DNA from: an uncultured Acidobacteriota bacterium | Lineage (GTDB): Bacteria; Acidobacteriota; UBA6911; RPQK01; JAPXNP01 | DNA length: 64,000 nucleotides | NCBI GenBank assembly: GCA_963777605.1 | Contig: CAVZRV010000013.1 | Coordinates: 96,001-160,000, forward strand | Direction of reading: 5' to 3' | Shown here: positions 31,522 to 42,900 of the stretch, piece by piece | How positions within the stretch are numbered: the first letter of the stretch is position 1 | How the letters are laid out: each line of letters opens with the position of its first letter | Program-made: the position numbers and the translations under genes | The notes under the pieces: generated by a model | What the model was told of the DNA's origin: nothing | Seen by the model: the letters and a program-made list of their open reading frames with translations, nothing else | The model's database searches: none

Positions 31522-32780
31522 GGATGTGCCACCAGTTCCCGGGAGTTCTCCTTGATTTTCCGAACCGCTCCACCAATATCTGCCAGGTCTTCGTCCGGGG
31601 AGAGAAGGACCTGGTGGGGAATCACCACCGTCTCGGCGCATATCCGTTCGCTGACCGGCAGGGGCGTATTGGCCAGATCGACTTCCCTGCCGTAATAGGG
31701 GCAGGTATAGGGACAGCCTTTCGCGCCTTCCGGGATATTTTGGAACATGGGATTTCGGGTCAGCGGCCAGGGGTAACCGATGTGGCACGGGATCCCTTCG
31801 GCATTCAGGGCTTCCACGAACCGGTCTCGGGAGGCACCTGAGAACTGCGATGCGTCATATCGGAGCAGGCAAAGGTAAAGTCCGTTGACGTCGGTGTTGC
31901 TGTCGCCAGGGACGGCCTGAAGGCCTCCGATCGAGTCGAGTTCACTTGCCAGGAACTTTCTCGCGCGGTTCTTTCTGGCGATCTGTTCGTCAAGCCGCTC
32001 CAGTTGAGCGAGCAGCACTGCGGACTGGAGTTCGGAAAGGCGATAGTTGACCGGCATCGCGTAGTGGACGTACCAGGACTCTCCTTCTTTCCGTCCGCAA
32101 CTGCGGTACATGATGCAGCGCTCGGCGTAGTCCGGATCATTGGTGGTGATCATGCCGCCTTCCCCGGCGGTCATGGACTTGCTTTCCTGAAAGCTGAAAG
32201 TCGCCATGTGGCCAAGCGTCCCGATCTTCCGTCCCCGGTAGACGGCGCCATGGGCATGTGCCGCATCTTCGATTACGCACAGGTTCTTCGGCCGGGCAAT
32301 CGCCATGATCCGGTCCATGTCGCAGGCAAATCCGCCAAAGTGAACCGGAATTACCGCTCGGGTCCGATCGGTGATGGCCGACTCGATGGCGGCCGGGTCG
32401 ATGCAGTGGTTTTCGTAGAGAGTGTCTACGACCACCGGTACCGCATTGACCTGGAGGACAGCACTGAGCGTGGCAATAAAGGTGAGGGCCGGGACGATCA
32501 CCTCGTCGCCGGGACCGATGCCGGCGGCGCGCAACGCTATTTCCAGGGCGACCGTTCCGTTACAGCACGCGATGCCGTAGCGCGCCCCGTGATAGGCCGC
32601 AAAACGGTCCTGGAGGAGTTCGGTCTTGGTGCCCGGATCGGCACCCCGCATTCCGGAAAACCAGCGCCGGCTTCGAACGACTTCTTCGAGAAGTTGCAGT
32701 TCGCGGTCGTCAAATACCGGCCAGGGGTGAAATGGACGAGTACGGCAGGGAGTGCCTCCGTTGACGGCGAGTTGGCCCAT
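31518..32780 (-). CDS. DegT/DnrJ/EryC1/StrS PLP-dependent aminotransferase
   Basis: MGQLAVNGG, NGTVALEIAL, GDEVIVPALTF, IEDAAHAHG and FSFQESKSMTAGEGG; RBS AGGAGG. Confidence 0.92.
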   Translation of the reverse strand: MGQLAVNGGTPCRTRPFHPWPVFDDRELQLLEEVVRSRRWFSGMRGADPGTKTELLQDRFAAYHGARYGIACCNGTVALEIALRAAGIGPGDEVIVPALTFIATLSAVLQVNAVPVVVDTLYENHCIDPAAIESAITDRTRAVIPVHFGGFACDMDRIMAIARPKNLCVIEDAAHAHGAVYRGRKIGTLGHMATFSFQESKSMTAGEGGMITTNDPDYAERCIMYRSCGRKEGESWYVHYAMPVNYRLSELQSAVLLAQLERLDEQIARKNRARKFLASELDSIGGLQAVPGDSNTDVNGLYLCLLRYDASQFSGASRDRFVEALNAEGIPCHIGYPWPLTRNPMFQNIPEGAKGCPYTCPYYGREVDLANTPLPVSERICAETVVIPHQVLLSPDEDLADIGGAVRKIKENSRELVAHP

Positions 32781-32868
32781 TGCTCTCCTCCTTCTTCTCG
32801 AATCGACCCGGTTTGACCCGGGAGATTTCAATCGGAATCGCGACCAAGTTGCGCTAGCATACCACCCC

Positions 32869-33624
32869 GTGGTCTTGAAGAATCGAGGAGAACGGGGGAA
32901 ATTGTCAATCATCGTGCCGGTTTTCAACGAGGCCCCGGCGTTGAGGCGTTCTGCGGAACGCCTTTTTGCCGCGCCTTGCCCGGTCGAGCGCGAGTTCGTT
33001 TTCGTCAACGACGGATCAAGCGACGAGAGTCTGGCGATTCTCGCGGAACTCCAGGAAGCGCACCAGGTGCGGATCATTGACCTCGGGAGCAACCAGGGGA
33101 AGGGAAGTGCCGTGCGCAGCGGAATTGACAACGCCTCCGGCGACTGGATCCTGGTTCAGGACGCCGACCTCGAATACGACCCCTGTGACATTCCCCGCCT
33201 CCTCAAACCGATCCTGGACGGCCGGGCGGACGTGGTTTATGGAAGTCGCTTCAAGCGCTCGGGGACTCAGGTTCACAGAACCTTCCACTACTCGGTCAAC
33301 CGGGTGCTGACCTTTCTTTCCAACCTGCTGTCTGGCATCTATCTGACCGACATGGAGACCTGTTACAAGATCTTTCCCCGCGACCTTGTCCAGAGCATGA
33401 ACCTGACCTCGAAGAGGTTCGGGATTGAGGTGGAGGTGACCGCTTACCTGGCCCGAACTTCGGCCCGGATCTCCGAGTTGCCGATCCGTTACGCCCCGAG
33501 AGGGCGACTCCAGGGCAAGAAGATCCGCTGGACCGACGGACTCGCGGCCCTCTACCACCTGGTTCGGTTCAACTTTCGCTCCGACCGGGCCTGTTTCACA
33601 AACCTGCCCGAACGCTATCGCTGA
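32869..33624 (+). CDS. Glycosyltransferase family 2 (DPM1-like)
   Basis: SIIVPVFNE, NDGSSD, NQGKG, QDADLEYDP, GSRF and TDMETCYK; start uncertain. Confidence 0.9.
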   Translation: MVLKNRGERGKLSIIVPVFNEAPALRRSAERLFAAPCPVEREFVFVNDGSSDESLAILAELQEAHQVRIIDLGSNQGKGSAVRSGIDNASGDWILVQDADLEYDPCDIPRLLKPILDGRADVVYGSRFKRSGTQVHRTFHYSVNRVLTFLSNLLSGIYLTDMETCYKIFPRDLVQSMNLTSKRFGIEVEVTAYLARTSARISELPIRYAPRGRLQGKKIRWTDGLAALYHLVRFNFRSDRACFTNLPERYR

Positions 33625-33627
33625 AGG

Positions 33628-33996
33628 CTATCCAACCTTGACGAGGTCGGTGCCGCAGCTGCACTTCCCGGAAGACTGGGAGATCATTTTGCAGGAGCAA
33701 CTGGGGCCGCACCCGCACGTGTACTTGCCGACCCGACTGAAGGTCCGCGTTCCATCCGGGAACTTGAGATCGACCGTAGTGTCTCCCACTTTCTCGACGG
33801 TCACTTTGGCCAGGTCGGTGCCGCAGTGGCATTTGCCGGGGCGGTTGGAGATCGTTTGACACGGGCAGGATGTCCCGCAACTGCAGGCATATACGGTGTC
33901 GCCGGCTTTGAGGTCCATCTTTCCTTGGGTGGGGCTGGCCGGAAGGGCGATGGTTGCCGCGACGAGAGAACAAAAGACAAGCAGATGCTTCCTCAT
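33628..33996 (-). CDS. Exported Cys-rich putative metal-binding protein with two internal repeats
   Basis: RBS AAGGAG; signal peptide; YACSCGTSCPCQTISNRPGKCHCGTDL and YTCGCGPSCSCKMISQSSGKCSCGTDL. Confidence 0.8.
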   Translation of the reverse strand: MRKHLLVFCSLVAATIALPASPTQGKMDLKAGDTVYACSCGTSCPCQTISNRPGKCHCGTDLAKVTVEKVGDTTVDLKFPDGTRTFSRVGKYTCGCGPSCSCKMISQSSGKCSCGTDLVKVG

Positions 33997-34327
33997 ATGT
34001 TTCTCCTTGTGAGAACCCAGGATCGGGTAGATTGAATAACGTTGTAACCAAGTTAGCACACCTGTAGTAAGGGTGCGAGTTATTGACATTCAGATCTGGT
34101 GGCGGAGCTGCACACGGTGGTGGAGCTGATGCCGGAGGCGGGCACCGCCCGGATAGGGCAAGGCTTCAAAGTTCCGGGTTCCCGTGTATTGCCGCTCGTG
34201 AATGGGCTAGACTGTGTTCTTCGTGACGAGGCTGTGGGCTCCAACTCTCCTTGAGTTCTGGCCGCTTGCCGGGACTGGGAGGTGTCGGAAGGTAATACCA
34301 GGTTTTTGAGAAGGGAAAGTACCTGTC

Positions 34328-37300
34328 ATGAAGCGATTCCCCTGTGTCATCACCCTGTTGGCGTTTGCCTCGGCCCTTTTCATTTCCGGGGCGGCCCGGG
34401 CGGAAATCCAGCCGGCGACGTCCCTCTTTCAGAAACCGACAGTCAACGGGACGCAGATTGTCTTTGAGTACGCCGGCGACCTTTGGCGCGTGTCCCGTGA
34501 CGGGGGTGATGCGGTTCGGTTGACGGTCGGGCCGGGTGCGGAGTCAGGGCCCTTCTTTTCTCCGGACGGCAAGATGATCGCGTTTACCGGGCAATATGAC
34601 GGCAGCACGGACGTCTTTGTGATCCCGACCGAAGGAGGAGTCCCCCAGCGCCTGACCTTCCATCCGGGCACCGATACCGCGGTCGGCTGGACCCCGGACG
34701 GTCAGGTTCTGTTCTCTTCCTCTCGGGCCAGCCAGGGGCCCTATCCTCGATTGTTCGTTGCCCGTCTTGATGGCGGAACTCCCAATCCGCTCCCTCTTCC
34801 AACTGGTGAACGGGGATCTTACTCGCCCGACGGGACCCGGATCGCCTATGAACCGCTCGCGCAGTGGCAACCCGAGTGGAAGCGGTACCGGGGCGGCCAG
34901 ACTGACAAGATCTGGATCGCACGTCTGAGTGATTCGTCGGTCGAGATGATCCCAAGGGAGAACTCCAACGACCGTTACCCCATGTGGGTCGGCGACACCG
35001 TCTACTTCGTGTCCGATCGCGACGGCCTCTATTCGCTGTTCGCCTACGACGTGAATTCGAATCGTGTGACCCGGGTGCTGAAAGACGGCGACATGGACGT
35101 CAAGTCGGCAAACGCATGGCGAGGCGATGCGTCGAGCAAACCCGCAATTGTCTACGAACAGTTCGGGACGATTCATCTCTTCGATCCGGCCTCGGGGAAG
35201 GCGAGCAAGGTGAACATTCGCGTTGCCGCCGATCTTCTTGCTGTCCGGCCCCGGCTCGAAAAAGTTGGAAGCCGGATATACAGCGCCGGTGTCTCTCCGA
35301 CCGGCGTCCGGGCGGTTTTTGGGGCCCGGGGGGAGATCGTCACGGTGCCGGCGGAAAAGGGGGATCCGAGGAACATCACCAATACTCCCGGCGTGAATGA
35401 ACGTGACCCCGCGTGGTCGCCCGACGGGAAGTGGATTGCTTACTTCAGCGATGAGAGCGGAGAGTACGCGCTCCACGTCCGTGACCAGATGGGAAGGGAA
35501 GCGGCCCGGAAGTTCCCGCTCCCCGCGACCTTCTACTACTCTCCTGTCTGGTCTCCCGACAGCAGGAAGATCGCCTTCACCAATAAGAAGCTGGAGCTCT
35601 GGTACCTGGTCGTTGACGGGGGAGAGCCGGTCCGGGTGGACAGGAACCCTCTTGGGATCAACGAGGACATTCTCGATCCGGTCTGGTCTCCGGACAGCCG
35701 CTGGATCGGCTACATCCGGCACCTGGACAACCGTCTCAGGGCGGTTTTCCTGTACTCGCTCGAGACCGGTACGGCAACCCAGTTGACCGACGGGATGAGT
35801 GACGCCCGGTACGTGGCCTTCGATCGGGGCGGCAAGTACCTTTATTTCACGGCGAGCACCAACCTTGGTCCTGGATTCAGCTTTGCCGAAATGTCGACCT
35901 TTCCGTTCCAGTCCTCGCGTAGCGTCTACGCAGCCGTTCTGCGCGACGACATTCCGTCTCCGATGGCTCCTGAAAGCGACGATGAGAACGCCGAGAAGGC
36001 GGACGGGAAGAAGACTGGACGGGAAGAAGGACAAAGAAAAGGAAACCGGAGACAAGCCATCCGAGAGTGATTCCAAGACCGGGCAGAAGGGGGATTCGGA
36101 GAAGTCTTCCGGGCAGGAGGGCGTTGAGCCGATCCGCGTGGATCTGGACGGGATCGGCCAGCGGATCCTGGCTCTTCCGATTCCGTCCCTGCACTACGTG
36201 GGCATCGAAGCGGCCCAGGAAGGAGAGCTCTACCTGCTGGAACTCCCGCCCAGAGGACCGGGTGATCCCGAGGGGCCCCAGGGGCTCGCACTGCACAAGT
36301 TCGATCTCAAGAAGCGCAAGGTGGACGAGGTAACCGACGGCCTGAGTGCCTTTGAGATTTCCTCCGACGGCAAGTCTGCTCTTTACCGGAAAGGTGGGGG
36401 AAGGGGCGGGAGCTGGTATCTGTCGGCTCTTTCGGCGTTGTCCAAGGGCGGCAACGCCGGTGCGGGCAATGGCGCCCACGCGCTGAAGGTCTCGGATATT
36501 TCGATCGAAGTCGATCCGGTCGCGGAGTGGAAGCAGATGTACCACGAAGTCTGGCGGGGCGAACGGGATTTCTTCTACGATCCCAACCTGCACGGGCTCG
36601 ACCTCGCGGCGACCGAGAAGGAGTATGCCCGCTACCTCGGGTCGGTCGCGCATCGGAACGACCTCAACTACCTTTTCACCGAGATGCTCAACCAGTTGAC
36701 GGTGGGGCACATGTTCATCCGGGGCGGGGACATTCCCGACCCCGAGTTCATCCCGGGCGGATTGCTGGGCTGTGACTACGAAGTGGCTAACGGGCGATAT
36801 CGCTTTTCCAAGATCTACAACGGGGAGAACTGGAATCCCGACCTGACGGCTCCCCTGACCCAGCCGGGCATCAACGTGAACGCCGGCGAGTACCTGCTGG
36901 CTGTTGACGGGAAGCAGGTTCAGGCGACCGACAATGTTTTCGGCTTTTTCGAAGGGAAGGCAGGCAAGCAGGTTCTGATTCGGGTTGGGCCCAATGCGGA
37001 CGGTAGCGATGCCCGCGACGTGGTCGTGGTTCCGGTGCGGAGCGAAGCGGGCCTGCGCAACCGCGACTGGATCGAAGGAAACCGGCGCCGGGTCGACGAA
37101 CTGAGCGGCGGCCGGCTCGCCTATGTCTACGTTCCCAACACGTCCACGGCTGGGTACGACAGTTTCAACCGCTACTTTTTCTCCCAGACTCAAAAGGAGG
37201 GCGCGGTTATCGACGAGCGTTTCAACCAGGGGGGAGCCCTGGCCGACTACATCGTCGACTACCTGACCCAGCCGATCCTCAACATGATCTACTTCCGTGA

Positions 37301-37715
37301 AGGACGGGACATCCCAACCCCGCTCGGCGCGATCTATGGTCCGAAAGCGATGATCATCAACGAAATGGCCGGGTCCGGCGGAGACGCACTCCCCTGGTAT
37401 TTCAGAAAGAGAAGCGTCGGACCGCTGGTGGGCAAGCGAACCTGGGGCGGCCTGATTGCGTCGTTCCCCGCTCCGCAGTTGATGGACGGTGGTTCCGTGA
37501 CGGCGCCCGATGCCGCCATCTACGGTCTCGATGGCCATTGGGAAGTCGAGAACGTCGGCGTCCCGCCGGACATCGAAGTCGAGTTCGATCCGGCAGCCTG
37601 GAGGCAGGGCAAAGATCCCCAACTTGAGCGTGCGGTCTCAGAGGTCCTGGAGGCGCTCGAAAAGAATCCGCCGAAGAAGTATCAGCGACCGCCGTTTCCC
37701 AACTACCACAAGTAG
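34328..37715 (+). CDS. Tricorn protease (S41) with PD40 propellers and PDZ; frameshift near 36010-36030
   Basis: IVFEYAGDLW, WKRYRGG, PD40 repeats, EWKQMYHEVWR, IDERFNQGG, AGSGGD catalytic Ser, GKRTWGG and ENVGVPPD. Confidence 0.92.
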
Positions 37716-37756
37716 GCGGTAGGATAAGCATCCCTGCTTGTTTCCGTGACCGAAGC

Positions 37757-37832
37757 CGGAGACTGGAGACTGGACAAGGCCGGAGTTTGGTTCCTGGTTC
37801 CTGGTTCCTGGTTCCTGGTTCTTGGGGATTTT
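37757..37832. repeat. Heptamer tandem repeats (GGAGACT; GTTCCTG x4)
   Basis: ggagact ggagact gg, then gttcctg gttcctg gttcctg gttcctg gttcttg. Confidence 0.75.
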
Positions 37833-37909
37833 GGACTGCGAGTTCAATCGGTTGGCTCCAAACACAGAGCCGGGGGTAAGGCAAAGCCGCGCCCCCGGGT
37901 TCGCCGAAT

Positions 37910-38135
37910 TCACCACAACCCTGGCACGAGGCGATACCGGACCCGCTCGGCATAATCGGAAAACCCGGGAAGTTCCCGCTGCAGGAGCCGATCTTCCAGG
38001 GACGTTCGAACCAGGAGGGTCACCAGCGTTGCCGCGATCGGGAGAAAAGCCCAAACCGAGTTCAACAGAATCGGCATCGCGGCGATGGCGAGCCCGAACC
38101 CGACGTAGCCCGGATGGCGGACCCACTGGTAGCGT
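37910..38135 (-). pseudogene. 3' fragment of an isoprenylcysteine carboxyl methyltransferase (ICMT/PEMT)-family gene
   Basis: YQWVRHPGYVG...RTSLEDRLLQRELPGFSDYAERVRYRLVPGLW; N-terminal part not recognisable. Confidence 0.7.
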
Positions 38136-38268
38136 TCATCCAGTCCAAGTTTCTTCGTCATGAGATCGCTCCCACGGCCCCGTTTGGTCCAATCCGAACG
38201 GACCTGCGGGGCAACTGGCAACAAGTCATGGATAGCTCCCTTTTGACTCTTTGTCTAGAATGCGAGCG

Positions 38269-39728
38269 ATGTTGAAGTTGGGAGAGTGGGCGCTGCTGCT
38301 GGGGGTGCTCGTGGCCGGAACGGTCCACGTGCGCGGAGAATCTCAAGCGGTCGTCGTTCCGAATGCTTGCCTGCAGGATTCTGCGCAGGCCAAGCCGAAC
38401 CCGGAGTTGGCCGGTGACCCGGGATCGCCCGGGTCTCTGCCCGAATCAGAAGGCCCGGCCGAGGAGACCGGGTCCGAGGAATCTTCTCCAGCGGCAAACA
38501 AGGGTGCAGGGCCGACGTTCCGTTCTCTGGAGTTTCACGGGTTTCTCGACAGTGTCATGCATTTCGAGGAACTCCGGGAGAAGCAGCGCGAGTGGTGGCT
38601 CAACACCAACCGGGCTACGTTCCGTACCTTTGCCACCGTCAACGAGCACCTCGATTTCAAGGTCGGAGTCGTCGGGCGAATGCTGATCGGAACGAAAACG
38701 TTGGACTACGTTCCGTTCATGCCCTGGCACGTTCGGGACGAGTTGATCCCCGACGACCCGGTGAGTGGAAGGCCCGGGACTGGCGATTACCTGGTTGGTC
38801 AAGCCGAAGGGGATCTCTACGTTCAGGAAGCCTACGGAAACGTCAACGCGGGCCGGCTTTTCTTTCGATTGGGGCGTCAGAAGATTGAGACGGGAGTCGG
38901 TTATTCGTATGATCCCACCGATCTTCTCAACCGGAAGAACCCGCTCGACCCGACCTATGAGCCGGACGGATTCGACGCCGCCCGCGTCGGGTTCCGGCTG
39001 TCGTCGGAGTCTGATTTTCAGGTGCTGGTGGTGCCCCGAGGGATTCCCGCGTACCTGGCCCGGTTGGAGAACCGGGCGGAGTCCGGCAAGTTGGCACTTC
39101 AGTTCACGTCGGTGGCAAGGCCCCGGGTGAACTGGAACGCCATGAACACATCCTGCGGGTCTTGACCGTCTGTGGGAGGGGGCCTCAGTCTCCGACTTCG
39201 AGTCCGACTACCGGTGGAACCAGGTTTCGGGAGAGTTCGTCCGCGAAATTCAGGGGACACAAATTTACGGAGAGGCCGGGATCGCGTTCATCCAGGACCG
39301 GCCCGGAAACGATGTCCCGCCCGAATTCATTCGCAACCATCTGCGCTTCCTGGCGGGAGTCGAGCGCACGTTTGAGTCACGTCTCCGTTTGATTCTCGAG
39401 TACATGCGGCAGGGTGACGGGCGGCCCGGGGGCGTTCCGATCGACCTGAACGACATGATGGCGTTCAATGTCGGGGAAACCCTGGCGGCCGACCGGGACA
39501 GTCTCTACGGTGAGGTCTCCTACCCGGTTGCCCGAAAAACCGAGCTGACCTTCAAGTCGCTGGCCGTTCTCAACCACGCAGCCGTCTTCGTCAATCCCTG
39601 GCTCAACTTCGACCTGCGCAGCAACCTGAGGTTGTCGGTCTCCGTCTACAAGTTCTTCGGAACAGCCGGAAGTTCGTACGAAGACGTCGGGATCGGGAGC
39701 CTACGGCGAACTGAGGGCGAGTTTCTGA
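38269..39728 (+). CDS. Putative outer-membrane beta-barrel protein; frameshifts near 39150 and 39697
   Basis: Signal peptide; LYVQEAY, RLGRQKI..G.G, PTDLLN and G.DA.R; joined frames end AYGELRASF* (C-terminal Phe). Confidence 0.6.
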
Positions 39729-39914
39729 TGGAGTTCCGCCCGCGATCCCTCCTTTGTGTGTCGATATCTTGAATTAATCCTACACATTTAGGATTAAGGG
39801 AGTTAATATAGCCCCCTACTTCGTTTGTCAAAGAAGTATATTCGCATGATCCGGTCCCGCATTCAGGCGCGCCGCGGCTGTCACGGCCACGATCAGCGAA
39901 GCGAGGAGGTAGCG

Positions 39915-42900
39915 ATGTTAAGAAGCTACGGCATTCCTCCCATCCGCCTTGAGTCCCTCTGTCGAATCCTTTTGGTTGCAGCTGTTGGCCTGGCTGGAGT
40001 TGGGGGGCTTCATGCTGCCGACTGGTGGGTTCCCATTGGGCCCCCGGGTGCTCTGGTGACCGATCTCGCCACGGCGACAGAACCCGTGCCCGTTCTCTAT
40101 GCTTCCACGGTGAGAATCCCGTTTGTCACTGGTTCTCCCGTGAAAATCAGCGGCAGCCCGTTCTACCGAAGCTTCGATGGGGGAGAGCACTGGCTCGGGG
40201 GAAGGCTGGCGGCTCGAGACGCCACCTCGGTTGCGGTCGATCCCACGGACGGTTCCATCGTCTACCTGGGAACCAGTCACGCCGGCGTTTTCCGCAGCGC
40301 TGATTTCGGGGAGACCTGGACGGAAGTCAACAACGGTCTTCCGGGCGGGACAATCATATCGGTCGTTGTGGACCCGGCTCGTTCCGCGATTGTGTATGCC
40401 TTGATCTACAATCACGGACTTTTTCGAAGTACCAATGGCGGACTGGACTGGGTGCCTCTCAGCGCCGGACTGCCGAACCTCACGCTCCAAGACTTGGCGA
40501 TTCGCCCCGACTTGCCTTCGACACTCTTCCTGGCCACTTCAGGTGAACCCCTTGTCAGTTTCGATTCGGGCGCCACCTGGACCCCCCGGGGCCCCTTCGG
40601 CGTCGAGCGACTCGCGTTCAATCCCGCCTCCCCCGAAACGGTCTATGCGGCCGGCAAAGAATTGGGCGTCTGCCGCAGTCCGGACCTGGGCGAAACTTGG
40701 AGCTGCTCAACGGACGGCCTGGGTGCTGCCCAGTTCTCCGACCTGGCCGCCGATCCGAATTCGCCCCAGACTCTTTTCGCCGCGTCGTCGGCCGGTCTCT
40801 ACCGGTCTGCGGATGCCGGTGAAAGCTGGGAAGCGGTGAACTCGGGGATTTACGGTCGCAACCCCCAGGCCCTGGTTTGGGATCCGGCCGACAACTCGTC
40901 CCTGTTTGTGGGTATTTTGGGTGGGGTTTTCAAGTCGGCAGACAACGGTGACCACTGGACCGCCTGCAACCGGGGTTTCCAGGGGCTCGGAGTCGATGCC
41001 GTCGGCTTCTTATCCCCTTCAATCCTGCTCGCAGGTACGGAGGCGGGTATTTTTCGCAGCCCCGACTTGGGTGTGTCCTGGGACGCTGCCTTAACCGGGC
41101 TTCCGATTCGTCAAATTTCGGTCGATCCTTCCAGGCCGGGCAGTGTCTATGCGTACGGGGAAGGCCTGTGGCGCAGCACGGATTCGGGATCGTCCTGGGC
41201 TCCCATCGAGTCGGCAACGCAGATTGCGGGAGTGAGCGATGTGGCCGTCGATCCTATTCACGCCGGTAGCATCTATCTGGCAACCCACGGTTCGGGGGTG
41301 TTCCGGAGCCTCGATGGCGGTGAAACCTGGGCGCCTTCAAACGAAGGCCTGACGGTCCTCTGGATCGACCGATTGGCCTTCGATCCCGAGCATCCCGGGA
41401 CGCTTTGGGCGGCCACCAACGGTGGCGGAATCTTTCACTCGGAGGATCAGGGAGAGAGCTGGACCGCCTTCCTTCCACCCGAGGAAAACCTGTGCCCTAC
41501 CACCGAACTGATCGTGGCAGATTCCAACCTCTACACCGTACACTGCGGGGGCTACCTCCAGTGGAACTGGCCCCATTTCAATTCTGGTTCTCCCGGCGGC
41601 TGGGATCTCCTGGGCTTGAATGACGGTGCCTACGTCTTCCGGGCTGCAATCGATCGGGCGAACTCTTCAGTGTTGTACGCGGGCGGTTATCGGCAGCTCG
41701 ATTTTGGTGACATTGGCGAGCTCACTCGGCCCAGTGTCTGGAAAATCAAGGGTGCCGGAGGGGACCCCGAGTCCCTCGACCTGGAATTGTTGGATGCAGG
41801 TCTACCTGGTCCGGGAACGGCGCTGTCGCTGTCGCAAGGAAGCGTGATGACGGTTCTGCCTCTCGAAACCCCCGTCCCCCTGTTTGGTACGCCAGACGGC
41901 TTGTTCGCCCTGCGCGAAGTTGGCGTTGAACGCGTGTTTGCCCAGTTTGGCTACGGCGAGAACGAGTTGAGCAGCCGGCTTCTCCTGTTTAATCCGGACC
42001 CGGCGAACGATGTGCATGTTGCCGGGTTCTTCCGGGATGACGGCGGGGAGGTGCTCCCGGTCGAAGAGGAGAGCGGGCCGATGACGGCGGAAGACCTCGT
42101 AATGGACATTCCCGCCGGCGGATTCAGTTCCTTTCAGACGGCTGGCTCGGGCTCGCTTCGGGTCGGATCTGCTGGAGTCTATTCGACCCTCCCGGTTCAG
42201 GGAGCGATCTTGCTGGACAGCCCCCGGGGAATGGCAGGTGTTGCGGCGGGAGAATCGTCAGCGGGCGGGTTCGTGGCCCCGGTTGAGCGCCATTCGGCCG
42301 GCGGTCTCAACTCCGGAATCGCGGTTGCCGGGCGGGCGAAGTCGGAAACCCGGGTGGATTTGACTCTGCTGGGCGTGGACGGGAGCGAGTTGGCAAGGGC
42401 TCAACTGGTGTTGCCGCCCAACGGCCATCTTGCCCGGTTTATCAACGAGATCGATTGGGATGAAACGGTGGATCTATCAAACTTCCAGGGACTGGTGAAG
42501 GGGCTTCCGACTGACGCGGTGTCGGTGACGGTGATTCAGACGACTTCCGGGGAATATGCGACCATGCCGGTCATCCCCGTAGCCGGCGAATCCGCTCAGC
42601 CGGTCGGGGAGGGAACCACCGAACTCCTGTTCGCCCAATTCGGAAATGGACGTGAAGGCGAAACGAACGTCAGCAGCCAGATCCTGCTGGTCAATCCGAA
42701 CGACCAGTCTGCGGTCACGGCAGAGGTCCTCCTGCTCGACGATCAAGGGCTCCCAATCGCAAGCAGTTCCGTTGGAGCTGGACGAGGGCTCGCGAGCCAG
42801 TTTCTTATCCCGGCGGGAGGAATGGGTGTCCTCCAAACATCCGGTGAAGGCCCGCTGACGACCGGTTCGGTCAAAGTCGTCGCCGACCGGCCGCTTGGAG

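Noticed and set aside
34050-34085. Possible MerR/CadR-type operator upstream of the Cys-rich gene (CTACAGGTGTGC)
   Set aside because: Only one half-site resembles the consensus, there is no convincing -35 with 19-bp spacing, and no merR gene is nearby.
34098-34128. Direct repeat GGTGG(C/T)GGAGCTG x2
   Set aside because: Only two short GC-rich copies, with no supporting context.
801-37622. Long antisense ORFs (e.g. 832-2040, 5961-7193, 23256-24818, 34544-36076, 35877-37622)
   Set aside because: They are shadows of well-supported genes on the opposite strand in high-GC DNA and have no family motifs.
39150-39165. TGA after SCGS as another selenocysteine site
   Set aside because: The protein continues in a different frame, so this is a frameshift and not in-frame read-through.
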